A stretch of 63,768 nt of DNA, counting the filler, from Octopus bimaculoides (lineage: Eukaryota), in the NCBI RefSeq assembly GCF_001194135.2. It is 10 parts of 10 records of this genome, joined end to end, with 100 filler letters (N's around TTAATTAATTAA, not from the genome) between each part and the next. Parts side by side here need not be neighbours in the genome. Positions count along the whole stretch, not along the records: positions 38,324 to 39,856 come from NW_026323049.1; positions 39,957 to 60,019 come from NC_069009.1; 8 more parts are not named here. One strand, 5' to 3'. The position numbers and the translations under genes are program-made. Positions 38,470-49,900 of the stretch are shown here, piece after piece. Every line of letters starts with the position of its first letter. The stretch's first letter is position 1. The notes under the pieces are model-generated. The model was given only the letters and a program-made list of their open reading frames with translations, was not told where the DNA came from and searched no databases.

Positions 38470-38870
38470 ATGCACCAGGCTCCAACTGTCTGTTTTGAGA
38501 TGGTTTCTATGGTTGGATGCCCCTCTCAACACCAATCATTTTACAGAGTGTACCGAGTGCTTTTTCACATGGCACTGGAACAGGTGCTTTTTATGTGGCA
38601 CTGGCACAGGTGTGCTTTTACGTGGAACTCGCACAGGTGTGCTTTTTATGTGGCACTGGCACAGGTGTGCTTTTTACCTGACACTGATACAGGTGTGTTT
38701 TTTTACCTGACACTGATACAGGTGTGTTTTTTTACCTGACACTGATACAGGTGTGTTTTTTTACCTGACACTGACACAGGTGTGCTTTTTACCTGACACC
38801 GGCACAAATACTTTTTACCTGACACCAGCACAAGTGCTTTCTATGTGACACCGGCACAAGTGCATTTTAT
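38470..38870 (-). repeat. RTE 3'-UTR copy with an expanded minisatellite of about 26 bp (38557-38870)
   Basis: Reverse complement of the RTE tail, followed by about 11 units drifting from GGCACTGGCACAGGTGTGCTTTTTATGT to GACACTGATACAGGTGTGTTTTTTTACCT. Confidence 0.8.
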
Positions 38871-38897
38871 AAAAACATACTTCCAAAGTTACTCATC

Positions 38898-39453
38898 ATA
38901 TGGTGAGTAATGCTCTAGTTTTTGGAACCCGTGGAAGAGGTAGGCCCAGGAAGACCTGGGCTGAGGTGGTGAGGCAAGACCTTCGTACATTGGGCCTCAC
39001 CGAGGCGATGACTACTGACCGAGACCTTTGGAAATGTGCTGTGCGTGAGAAGACCCGGCAAGCCAAGTAAGATCGTTGCAAGTGCCCCTGGACTGGTTCT
39101 TGTGCGGGTGGCACATGAGATGCACCATTTTGAGCGTGGCCGTTGCCAGTACCGCCTGACTGGCTCCTGTAGGATTTTCGAGCGAGATCGTTGCCAGTGC
39201 CCCTGGACTGGCTTGTGAGGGTGGCACATAAAAGACACCATTTCGAGCGTGGCCGTTTTCTTGCAGGTGACACGTAAAAGCACCCACTACACTCTCTGAG
39301 TGGTTGGCGTTAGGAAGGGCATCCAGCTGTAGAAACTCTGCCAAATCAGACTGGAGCCTGGTGTTGCCATCCGGTTTCACCAGTCCTCAGTCAAATCGTC
39401 AAACCCATGCTAGCATGGAAAGCGGACGTTAAACGATGATGATGATGATGATG
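38898..39453 (+). mobile_element. RTE LINE 3' end with a (GAT)n tail
   Basis: GTRGRGRPRKTWAEVVRQDLRTLGLTEAMTTDRDLWKCAVREKTRQAK*, then a 3' UTR ending GACGTTAAAC(GAT)n. Confidence 0.9.
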
Positions 39454-39956
39454 AAGCAAGACTGGATAACCAAAGCTACAGCTTTACTGCTTTCATTACA
39501 GGTTTGTTCAAGCACAGCTGATTAGGTAACATAACTGATTTCAACAACACATACACCTTACTCAATAACAAGGCCTCACTGATTTGTACATTAACACATT
39601 TATGTTACATAACTTTTCTTTCCATTAGAACCATTGAAGGAGAAGATATTTATTAATTCAAAACATTTGATTTGGTTTGTAGTACAAGTGAATTAAACTA
39701 GATGTACAAGAGGGTGGTAATGGTGGTGGGGTTGGTTGGTTGGTTATGCATTGAATTAAAATTACATAACAGGCATTATACATGCAAGGATAATATAGGT
39801 AAACAATCATTTGAAATATCTCTCTGGCTCAGGCATTCGTGTCCGGGTGGCTGAGANNNNNNNNNNNNNNNNNNNNNNNNNNNNNNNNNNNNNNNNNNNN
39901 TTAATTAATTAANNNNNNNNNNNNNNNNNNNNNNNNNNNNNNNNNNNNNNNNNNNN

Positions 39957-40511
39957 AAGAGGCTGGGTGCATTGTTATCACGAAGAATCCAATTCTTCAT
40001 GCTCCACAGATCTAGTTGCTTCCACTGAAGGTCCTCCCTCAGATGCCTCAAAACATCTCAATAGAACTCTTGATTGATGGTCTGGCTCTAGGGGATGACT
40101 TTTTGATGCACAATATCACATTTCCAGGGGTGACACTTGTGGTAAATCTTCCAGATTGCTCATCATCCTCCAGGGACGTTCTTCTGCTTTTGAATTGCCC
40201 GTGCCACTTCAAACATTGCCTTGTCACCATAAGCTTGTTGAAACAGATTCAATGCCTCTGTAGTAGACTTCCCAAGTTTAACATAAAATTTCACATTCGC
40301 TCTTTGTTCCTGTCCATGACAAAATTGCAGACGACAGCATACGCATGATCACACGAACACAAATTTCACAACTTGCGAAGTAAACACAGCAATGTCACCT
40401 GGCACACTGCTTCATGAAGGTCACTGCTAGCTCTCACTGAGCACACAACCGTGTGCTGCCATCTGTTGGCACACTACAGAACTAGTCTGGGAACTTTTCG
40501 ATACCACCTCA
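39957..40511 (-). mobile_element. Mariner 5' half, same family as 51537-52424
   Basis: TIR TGAGGTGGTATCGAAAAGTTCCCAGACTAG and KWHGQFKSRRTSLEDDEQSGRFTTSVT. Truncated by a gap. Confidence 0.85.
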
Positions 40512-40984
40512 TATATATATATNNNNNNNNNNNNNNNNNNNNNNNNNNCAAGGTATAGAAAATACATATTCGCCTTTATATATTTAATCCTTTATATTGA
40601 ACACTCAATATTTCATCTATTCAATAAGACATATTCCATATATTCAATAAGACATTCAATACTTTATTTCATAGTACCATCCATTTTTATTTTATATTAT
40701 ATATTGTATATTATATTATATATTGTATATTCCATATTCTATATCCCACATTGGTTTTGCAGGAATATAAATAAAACATAAAAAACAGACTGTTGGAACT
40801 CTTTTAAACAAAATAATATATATCTCCATATACACACATACATCTCGCCCATGCTGAACATTAAATGATGATGATTATGCTGATGATATGCACATACATG
40901 GGATTGTTGTGTTATACGACTCTGTGTATGTGTATGGATACATACATTCAGACACATGTAAAGGTTTGAGAGAATCTAATTCCC

Positions 40985-41415
40985 GTGTGTCTTAGTATTT
41001 ATATTGTTCCTGCACATCTGCCACATATAAAGACTACTGTATCTGTTAATCTACCTGTGATCCCACTGCACCTCTTATGTGTCCATAGTTTACACTGGGT
41101 GCAGCGAATGGAATTTCTTCCAACTCTTTTCCTGCATACTGAGCAGGGCCATTTACCTGATGGAAAGAGAGTTTTATCTTTTTTGTTACTAATCACTTTT
41201 GTCTTTCCTAGGTTAACTTTAAGACCTTTTGATACCTGGAATTTCTTCTCCAATTCTGCTTCAGTTTCTGCAATAAAAGCAAGGTCATCAGCATATAGCA
41301 GTTCCAACGGGCACCCAGTTTTGAATTCCTGTTATGGCTTGGAGAACTATAATGAATAAGAGTGGGCTGTGAACTGAGCCCTGGTGAACCCCTACCTGAA
41401 TGCTAGATTCATCAC
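40985..41415 (-). mobile_element. RTE reverse transcriptase fragment with an embedded PHD-like Cys/His finger
   Basis: ELLYADDL...GLKVNLGKTKV...GKWPCSVCRKRVGRNSIRCTQCKLWTHKRCSGI...FICGRC. Confidence 0.9.
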
Positions 41416-41692
41416 TGTATTCATACATATGCACACATACATCACACATGCATTCACACACATCCTACCTGTACACACATAACAGACATGCCCAAACGTA
41501 TTGCACACATGCGCACCCATGCACACACACATCACATGCAAGCACATTCATGTCCAAACACCCTATTTACTAGTCTTTTTTTTTTGTGATAAGTTCAATT
41601 ACTCATCTCACATTTCTTGTTAATTCATCAAAACTCAACTAATGATTTAATTTATTAATTTACATATTCTTCTCTCTTTTCTCTCCATGCAG

Positions 41693-41785
41693 AACCTTGT
41701 TGCGATGAAGGCCAGCGTTTTTACAGGGTTTGCACAACATGACGCACAAGAGTTCATGGCCTTTCTATTGGATATGTTACATGAG
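41693..41785 (+). CDS. USP19: USP19-like ubiquitin C-terminal hydrolase, internal exon A (93 bp, phase 0-0): [31 protein letters not shown]
   Basis: Pyrimidine tract plus CAG acceptor (41691-92) and GTGAG donor (41786). Contains the USP QHDAQEF motif and matches recalled USP19 [31 protein letters not shown]. Confidence 0.93.
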
Positions 41786-42059
41786 GTGAGTCCCTTTTCC
41801 TGTCTCAGATCTTTCCCATCTTCAGTTGGAAGGGAATGCATGGCTGTGCTATGTAATTAAGAAGTTATGCTTCCCAGTCACGAGTTTCTGATCCACTCTC
41901 ACTGTGTAGTGGAATCTTAAGCAAATGTCTTTTTCTATAGTAGCTCTGTACTAACTAAAGCCTTGTAAAAGGAAACTGAAAAACTCTATTTCTATTTTTC
42001 AGTCTTGACTGCGCACATGATGATTTATTATATAGATGTGTGTGTGTGTCTGTATAAAA

Positions 42060-42925
42060 ATATGGTGTCATGCAAATGGCACCCATGCTGGTGGCACGTA
42101 AAAGCACTCGTTACACTCATGGAGTGGTTGGCGTTGGGAAGGGCATCCGGCCATAGAAACCATGCCAAATCAGACTGGAATCTGGTGCAGGCTTCCAGCT
42201 TGCCATCCCTGGTCAAACTGTCCTACCCATGCCAGCATAGACAACAGATGTTAAATGATGATGATGATGATATATATATATATAGGTTCAGGCATTGCTG
42301 TGATAGGTGCGGGCATGACTGTGTGGTAAGAAGTTTGTTTCCCAACCACATGGTTCTGGGTTCAGTCCCTCTGTGTGTAGCACCTTTGGCAAGGGTCTTC
42401 TACTATAGTTCTGGGTTGGCCAAAGCCTTGTAAGTAGATTTGGTAGATGAAAGCTGAAAGTAACCTGTTGTACATATATATATGTATGTATGGCTGATGC
42501 TGGTCTCATAACTGGCACCCATGCTGATGGCATGTAAAAAGCATCTTTCAAGCATTGGGCCTCACAGAGGCAAAGTTGCTGATGCTGGTGGCACATGAAA
42601 AGCACCTTATGAGTGTTACACCTCATGGAGGTCTAACTAACCAACACCTTTGGCATTATGCTGTGCTTGAGAAGAAGACTCATCAAGTCAAGTGAAATCA
42701 CAATCATGGCAAATGCTGGTGTCACGCAAATGGCACCCGTGCAGGTGGCATGTAAAAGCACCCATTACACTCTTGGAGTGTTTGATATTAGGAAAGTCAT
42801 CTAGTTGTAGAAACCATGCCAAATCAGACAGGCGTCTGATGCAGCCTTCCAGTTTGCCAGCCCTGGTCAAACTTTCCAACCCATGCCATCATGGACAACA
42901 GACGTTAAATGATGATGATGATGAT
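42060..42925 (+). mobile_element. Two decayed RTE 3'-UTR tails and a partial SINE C
   Basis: Tails end GTTAAAT(GAT)n at about 42270 and 42925. A SINE head lies at about 42310-42470. Confidence 0.75.
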
Positions 42926-43155
42926 GTTTATCTATGATTGTGTGTCTTCCTCTCTACCATTGCTTGACAACCAGTGTTAGTGTGTTTGCATCCCTGTGGC
43001 TTTGCAGTTCAGCAGATGAGACTGATGGGATGAGTGCCAGACTTGAAAAATAAGTGCTGGGGTCAACTCATTTGATTAACACCTTTCGAGGCAGTGCCCC
43101 AGCATGGCCTCAGTCCAATGACTGAAACAAGATAAAAGATATATATATATACTAT

Positions 43156-43558
43156 AGGCGCAGGCATGGCTGTGTGGTAAGGAGCTTGCTTACCAACCAC
43201 ATGGTTCTGGGTTCAGTCCCACTGCATGACATCTTGGGCAAGTGTCTTCTACTATAGCCTCGGGCCAACCAAAGCCTTGTGAGTGGATTTGGTAGACGGA
43301 AACTGAAAGAAGCCCGTTGTATATATGTATATATAATATATATATGTGTTTGTGTGTCTGTGTTTGTCCCCCCACCATTACTTGACAACCGATGCTGGTG
43401 TGTTTATATCTCTGTCACTTAGCGGTTCGGCAAAAGAGACCGATAGAATAAGTACTAGGCTTACAAAGAATAAGTCCCAGGGTCGACTTGCTCGACTAAA
43501 GGCGGTGCTCCAGCATGGCTGCAGTCAAATGACTGAAACAAGTAAAAGAATAAAAGAA
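43156..43558 (+). mobile_element. Full-length SINE, family C
   Basis: Same structure as 30433-30840. Confidence 0.88.
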
Positions 43559-43665
43559 AAGTATATTATACTATATTTGTCATATAAGTGTGTGTGTGTG
43601 NNNNNNNNNNGGAACTCCTTGAAATTTTGGGTATTTGAGTATATTTAAAAATTTAAGGAATGGAG

Positions 43666-43794
43666 AAAACGCATGTTATAATTGCATACTTTATTCCTAC
43701 ATATGTTTCAAAGGATTACAACCTATGTGATCCATAGGGATCTGTGATATTAAAATTGTAACCTTCTCTTCAGGGAATATATAACATGCGTTTT
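43666..43794 (-). ncRNA. Type I hammerhead ribozyme (extended stem I), antisense in the USP19 intron
   Basis: The minus strand reads AAAACGCAUGUUAUA-UAUUCC-CUGAAGA-GAAGGUUACAA-(34 nt)-UUGUAAUCCUUU-GAAA-CAUAUG-UA/GGAAUA-(11 nt)-UAUAACAUGCGUUUU. The core is complete, all three stems pair, and the cleavage triplet is GUA. Confidence 0.85.
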
Positions 43795-44344
43795 ATATAT
43801 ATATATATATATAAATCCCTTTTTGTATATGTATCTCTATGTATTATTTTTATACTATTACACCTACTTATATCAGTACACACTTTTTCTTGTATACTTA
43901 TATTTAATTATGTCTATATATTATCATTTATCTTATTATCCTGCTTCTGATTCCTTACTTTCAATCAATAGACAGTATGTATATCTTTCCAGATAAATTT
44001 CATATGTAAGTGGTTTGAGTGGTCTTTATAGTGATCACCTATTAATTAAGTAAAGATGAGGTGTTAAGTTGAATCTACATAATAGTAATCTTCTTTTTAA
44101 TGTTTAGATTGATCTATATATCCCTTTTAGCTAACTTGGTTATGATATAACTTTCTAGAATTTTAAAAATTTTATCTTATTTTTATACAACATAATAATA
44201 TTGTTTATAAACATTCTCTGACTGAGCCCCTAATGTTTTTTTGGATCTCATTGTAGCATCCTAAGTTTCATAGTGTTTGTTCCTTTAACTGGTAATAACA
44301 TCATGAATTAATGTCACCCCTCCCTACCTTTTTTATAGACATTT

Positions 44345-46330
44345 ACTACTAACTGCATCTCATCTAGACTCTCTTCCTAATTAGATGGGCTATGATCCTC
44401 TCTGTAACTGTCTTCACCTGATCCAACAATTTGATACCTCTGTAATTATTTCTATCTAATTATACTTCTGTAATTATTTCTATCTAATTATACTTCTGTA
44501 ATTATTTCTATCTAATTATACTTCTGTAATTATTTCTATCTAATTATACTTCTGTAATTATTTCTATCTAATTATACTTCTGTAATTATTTCTATCTAAT
44601 TATACTTCTGTAATTATTTCTATCTAAAGGCATCACCTTTACCTTTGTAGCAGTTGACTATGGTGCTGCTACATCCATCATTGGGTATGACTCCTTCGTG
44701 AATCACCTGATTTACAATATGGATGACTTGACCATAACCCACACTGCCGGATATTTTAATCATCTCAGCAGTGATTCCTGATGGGCCGGGGGCTTTCCCT
44801 GTCTCCTTATCTGTAATTGCTATATATACCAAGGTACTGTTGATTTGGATAGCTGGTCTTTCAGTTGGGTTAACATTTGGCAAACTCTCCTCCTTCCATT
44901 CATTCTCCATGTTCAGCAATTTTTCATAATGACATTTCCAAGCCTCTTCCTTTGCCAAATCATTAAATGCAAGTGAATCATCATCCATGCAGACTCAGTT
45001 CTTTCTTATGACATCACAATTTTCTCTCACACACTGTCTTGCAATCTGAAACACTTCAAGTCTTTGGTTCTTACGTTGCTGAACATAGGCAAACTTCTTC
45101 TTTTCTGCTTTTCCCCTGGCTATATATGCAGGTCTCCTAGCTTCCTTTCTGGCTCTCTGATACAGTTCCCTGCTACCACCACTCTCCTGGTTTTATTTCT
45201 TTGCTCTAATGGTCTTGTCTACAATATCGTTCTACCACCACACCACCCTAGGTCAAGATGGGACTTTGCACCAGCTGCAGATTTGGTCTGTGGCACTTAG
45301 CAAGCTGTGCTGCAAGAATTCCCAGTTGCCCTCCATGTCACAAGTCTTAGTTCCTACTCCCTCTCATCAAATTTCTCAATTAGGATGTCCCTAAATCTCT
45401 GACCATGTGAAGGGTTCTTAAGCTTCCAAATGCTTCTTTTCCAGATTGGTCTGCTTGTTGGCATCCTTCTGGCTTCAAGTCTAAAGTCACTGATGACTAG
45501 TCTATGCTGGGGGGATATATTCTTCACCAGGGAGGGTCTTTGTATTTAGGACCAACCATGCATCCTGCTGTCTGGTGAGAATGTAATTGATCTGGCTTAC
45601 ATAGTCACCTGATTGGTCGGTTATCAGGTGGCTGGCTGGCTGGCTTCCTGAAGTTGGTGTTGCAGATCGATAGGTTATTTGCATCACAGAATTCCAAGAG
45701 CCTAGTTCCCTCTTCGTTTCAGGAACCAATTCTATGGGCCCCATGTACACCATGAAAGATATCAGGTTGCCATCCAACATGCTCAATAAATCTCCAGCAA
45801 AGATGAGATCATTGTCACTCATCTTTGAGGTAGCCTGCAGAAGAATATCATAAAACCAGTCCTTTTGTTCATTTGGTAGGCTTGCTTGGGGGTATAAGCA
45901 GAGATAATTGTCGCTATACTATTCTGCAAGATTAGCTTGACCGTAAGTATTCTATCACACACTCTGACTACCTCTATGACCTTATCCACCCATTTCTTTG
46001 CAAGAAGTATGCCCACACCACCTACCCTATTGCTGTTACCTTCCCAGAAGATTTTGTGTGTGTTTGCATATATGTATGTATGTGTTTGTGTACATATGTG
46101 GGTAGGTATTCTGCATATTCATGTGTNNNNNNNNNNNNNNNNNNNNNNNNNNNNNNNNNNNNNNNNNNNNNNNNNNNNNNNNNNNNNNNNNATTGTCGCT
46201 ATACTATTCTGCAAGATTAGCTTGACCGTAAGTATTCTATCACACACTCTGACTACCTCTATGACCTTATCCACCCATTTCTTTGCAAGAAGTATGCCCA
46301 CACCACCTACCCTATTGCTGTTACCTTCCC
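44345..46330 (-). mobile_element. RTE LINE endonuclease, linker and RT start (decayed)
   Basis: GVGILLAKKWVDKVIEVVRVCDRI..SAY, AGD, SQINYIL, GKAPGPSGITAEM and YKGKGDA..DRNNYRGIKLLDQV. Confidence 0.88.
44439..44627. repeat. Perfect 28-bp minisatellite TCTGTAATTATTTCTATCTAATTATACT, about 6.7 copies
   Basis: Unit starts at 44439, 44467, 44495, 44523, 44551, 44579 and 44607. Confidence 0.95.
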
Positions 46331-46829
46331 AGAAGATTTTGTGTGTGTGTTTGCATATATGTATGTATGTGTTTGTGTACATATGTGGGTAGGTATTCTG
46401 CATATTCATGTGTTTGTGACTGTGTGTGTACCTCTGTCTCCGTGTGTGTACTTGTTTGAGTGTGTCTATGGGTTTGTTGACTAGGTATGTTACGTATGGA
46501 TGTGTATCTCCTTATGCCTTTGTGTGTATGTGTGTGTGGAGTGTGTGTATTTGGTCATGTGTTTCCATTTCCTTTTGTGCATGTATGTGAGTGTGTGTTT
46601 GTGTGTGCTTGTCTGTCTGTAGTACCTATGTACCTATCTATCTACTTACCTATGTATCTATCTGTTTACCTATATATATATTTGCCTACATAACAGCCTT
46701 ACTAACAAATGTACCTATATATATTCTGTGGGTATTGCGGTATCATTTCCTATTTAGTATGGGGGTATGTTTCATTTACGAGGACATACTCTTGTATTTG
46801 TGTGAGTGATGGATTCTTCAGGTGCTTGG

Positions 46830-47963
46830 AAAAAATGTGGATGACAAGCTGGCCTGGTATGCCTCCATGTTGGTCTTTGACAAGTTGGTAGAGTATGGAG
46901 GACTGTTTTTCGTCATCATATTGTTTAAAATGTTCATTTAACCCCTCTGCAATACTTCTACAAGTCTCTCCAATGTATGTCCTGTTCTTATCTTTACAAG
47001 CACTCTCTATTCACCTTATGCTGTAGACTACATTTCTATTTCTACAGTTAATTCCAGGGCTGATCTTACATACCACACAATTCTCATTAGTGCATGTGGT
47101 ATTCTTGAAGGGGTACATCCTACATAACTGATCTGATGGAGCTCTCTGGCTTTTCAGTCATCTTAATATTGAGTTTGGTCTCCTTCAGAGCTTTCCTAAA
47201 TCTATGGGCTAGTTCCCTATGGGGTGTGGCTTCTACAGACATCACTCCTTGACATTTGTCAGCCCTGTACCATGTGTTCAACCTGTTTGCATTGTCACAA
47301 ACTCCCTGTATTCTATTCCATTCTTTACCTCTGTATCTAGAGTGGGTACCACTGGTTTCATTACATATAATGTTATCTAACTTCTTTCTAGCTCCACTGT
47401 AAACACGAATCCTATCTTTCTCGTCATATCCAGAGAATGCATGAAGTTCTGTACGTTGCGTTGTTTTTATAAGGTTCACATGGTGGGGACATTTATTCAT
47501 TATCCTAAATCTGCTATCACTATGTTGATTTTCATATTGTGTGATGAGGTTGAATTCTTGTGAACAACATATTTAGAAGCTACAGGCTTCATGTAACAGG
47601 AGTGGAGGAGCTGTACTCTGTTGTTCACAGTCTCTAACCAAAGTTCAGTATCAAGAACAGGGAGTCTATTATTAGGATGCATAGTGGGGTAATCCATAGT
47701 TACATTGATCCTTTGGTGGATGGAGTTAGCTACTTGCTGGATGCTCTCCGTTATGCTCCTCTCGGTTTCTACACTACAGTTACTAAAGTTTGTCCTGACT
47801 AGAATATTGCTGTCATCTACTTACCTACAGTAAAGCAATACAGTTGTGGATTGTTCAGCTAAGGATTGTTAAGTTTTCTATCCCACCAGGTTGTGAAGAG
47901 GCCAACCACACTGACACCAATCGCTGCACCTTGAACCTGCATGTATAGTTTCCTATCAAATTG
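46830..47963 (-). mobile_element. Penelope-like element (RT C-half, Cys-rich linker, GIY-YIG), Neptune-like
   Basis: QFDRKLYMQVQGAAIG, YMKPVASKYVVH, VMSVEATP, NVVYSIR and TYIGETCRS (about 46963-46977). Confidence 0.8.
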
Positions 47964-47986
47964 TATATATATATATATAAAAATAA

Positions 47987-48035
<49 letters not shown>

Positions 48036-48545
48036 TTTGTCACTCCCCTTTACTTGACAACTGGTGTTGACTTGTTTATGTCCTGATAAGTTGTTGGTTT
48101 GGAAAAAAGCAACCAAAAGGAATAAGTACCTATTTTGAAAAGAAAAAAAAAAACGAAACCTAAGTACTGTGGCTGATTTGATGAAGTAGACCCTTCAAGG
48201 TGGTACTCCAACATGACCACAGCCCAATGTCTGAAACAAATAAAAGATTAAAAAAAGATATATATCTGTGTGTTATTGTCCCCTCAATTTGACATCACAT
48301 TGTTGTTGTAAATGAGTGTCACTGCCATGCAAGCAGTGTCCTTTGTTTTCAATCTGCTACGAAAACATCTCTGGTCAAGTGAGGGTTCATGACAGGAAGG
48401 GCGTGGCTATTGAAAATCTGCTTCCACAGATTCTCTCCAACCCATGGGAACATTTAAAAGTAGATGTTAAAACAATGAGGATGATGATCCTGATAATGAT
48501 GCAGTCTGTTCTAATCTGGTATTAGCTGTAGATGGACAATGAAGC

Positions 48546-48546
48546 G

Positions 48547-48596
<50 letters not shown>

Positions 48597-49900
48597 TTAA
48601 TGTCTGTTGTCCATGCTGGCATGGGTTGGGCTGGCACGCTGGAAGGCTGCACCAGGCTCCAGTCTGATTTGGCATGGTTTTCTACTGTTGGATGCCCTTC
48701 CTAACGCCAACCACTACAAGAGTGTAATGGGTGCTGTTACATACCACTGGCACAGGTGCCATTTATGTGACACCTGTGCATGTTTGCAAGCCACCAACAT
48801 GGGTGCCAATTTGCATGGCACTGGTATCTATCACAACTGCAACTTTGCTTGGATTGATGGGTTTTCTCAAGCACGACATAATGCCAATGGTCTTGGTCAT
48901 TGCCTCCGTGAGGCCCAATGCTCAAAAGGAACTCAGCCACTTTGCCTCTGTGAGGCCCAACATTCAAAAGATGTTCTTTATATACCACCAGTTAGGGTGC
49001 ACTTGGCTTGACGGGTCCTCTTAAGCATAGCACATTGCCAAAGGTCTCAGTCATCAGTTATTGCCTCTGTGAGCCTCAAAGTTCAAAGATCATTCTTCAC
49101 CACCTTGTTCCACGTCTTCCTGGGTCTACCTCTACCACAGGTTCCCTCCACAGTTAGAGATCAGCCCTTCTTTACACAGCTGTCCTCGTCCATACACATC
49201 ACATGACCATACCAGTGTAGTTGTCTCTCTTGCACACCACATTTGATTTCTCTTATCCCTAACTTTTCTCTCAAGATGCTTACACTCTGTTGAACATGCA
49301 GACTGACATTGCACATCCAGCGAAGCATACTGGCTTCATTTCTTTCAAGCTTATGCATGTCCTGGGCTGTCATTGTCCACATTCCACTGCCATGCAGCAT
49401 AGCTGTTTGCACACTGGCATCAAACAATCTGCCTTTCACTCTGAGAGAAAGGCCCTTTGTTGCCAGCAGAGGTAGGAGCTCTCTGAACTTTGTCCAGCCT
49501 ATTCTTATTCTCACAGCTATGCTCTTGGAGCATTCACCTCCACTGCTAACTTGGTCACCTACATAATGGAAGCTATCCACTACCTCTAGCTTTCCTCCTC
49601 CCCTGGCAGTTGAAGCCTATTTTCTGTACATTTTTGGTATTTATTGTACTTCTGCATCTTCTACATACAAAAGCTATTTTCCCTCTTAACTTTCCTCTGA
49701 TATTGCTGCACCTTTTATGTGTCCAAAGCTTACACTGGGTGCATCTTGTGGAGTTTCTACCTACACCTTTTCTACAGATTGAGCAGGGCCATCTACCTGA
49801 AGGCGTTTGTGATTTGTCTGCCTTCCCACTTACTATGACTTTGCTTTATGCTAGGTTAGAATCAGTGGAACATTTTGCATCATACTTTGTGATGTTGTTA
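48546..49900 (-). mobile_element. RTE LINE 3' portion (PHD-like finger, RT C-terminus, 3' UTR, (GAT)n tail)
   Basis: GWTKFRELLPLLATKGLSLRVKGRLF...LRWMCNV...LHWYGHVMCMDEDSCVKK, with (CAT)n at 48547-48595. Confidence 0.9.

Noticed and set aside
39384-39391. CTGAGGA-CTGGT-GAAA on the minus strand of the RTE tail as a hammerhead
   Set aside because: There is no stem II pairing and no UH cleavage site with a stem III.
39826-39856. Possible USP19 exon start at ctcag|GCATTCGTGTCCGGGTGGCTGAGA before a gap
   Set aside because: It is too short and does not resemble the expected USP19 sequence.
46192-46410. Tandem duplication of the RTE endonuclease start (copy of about 45908-46126)
   Set aside because: Near-identical sequence on both sides of a gap, including flanking microsatellite, points to an unmerged contig overlap.
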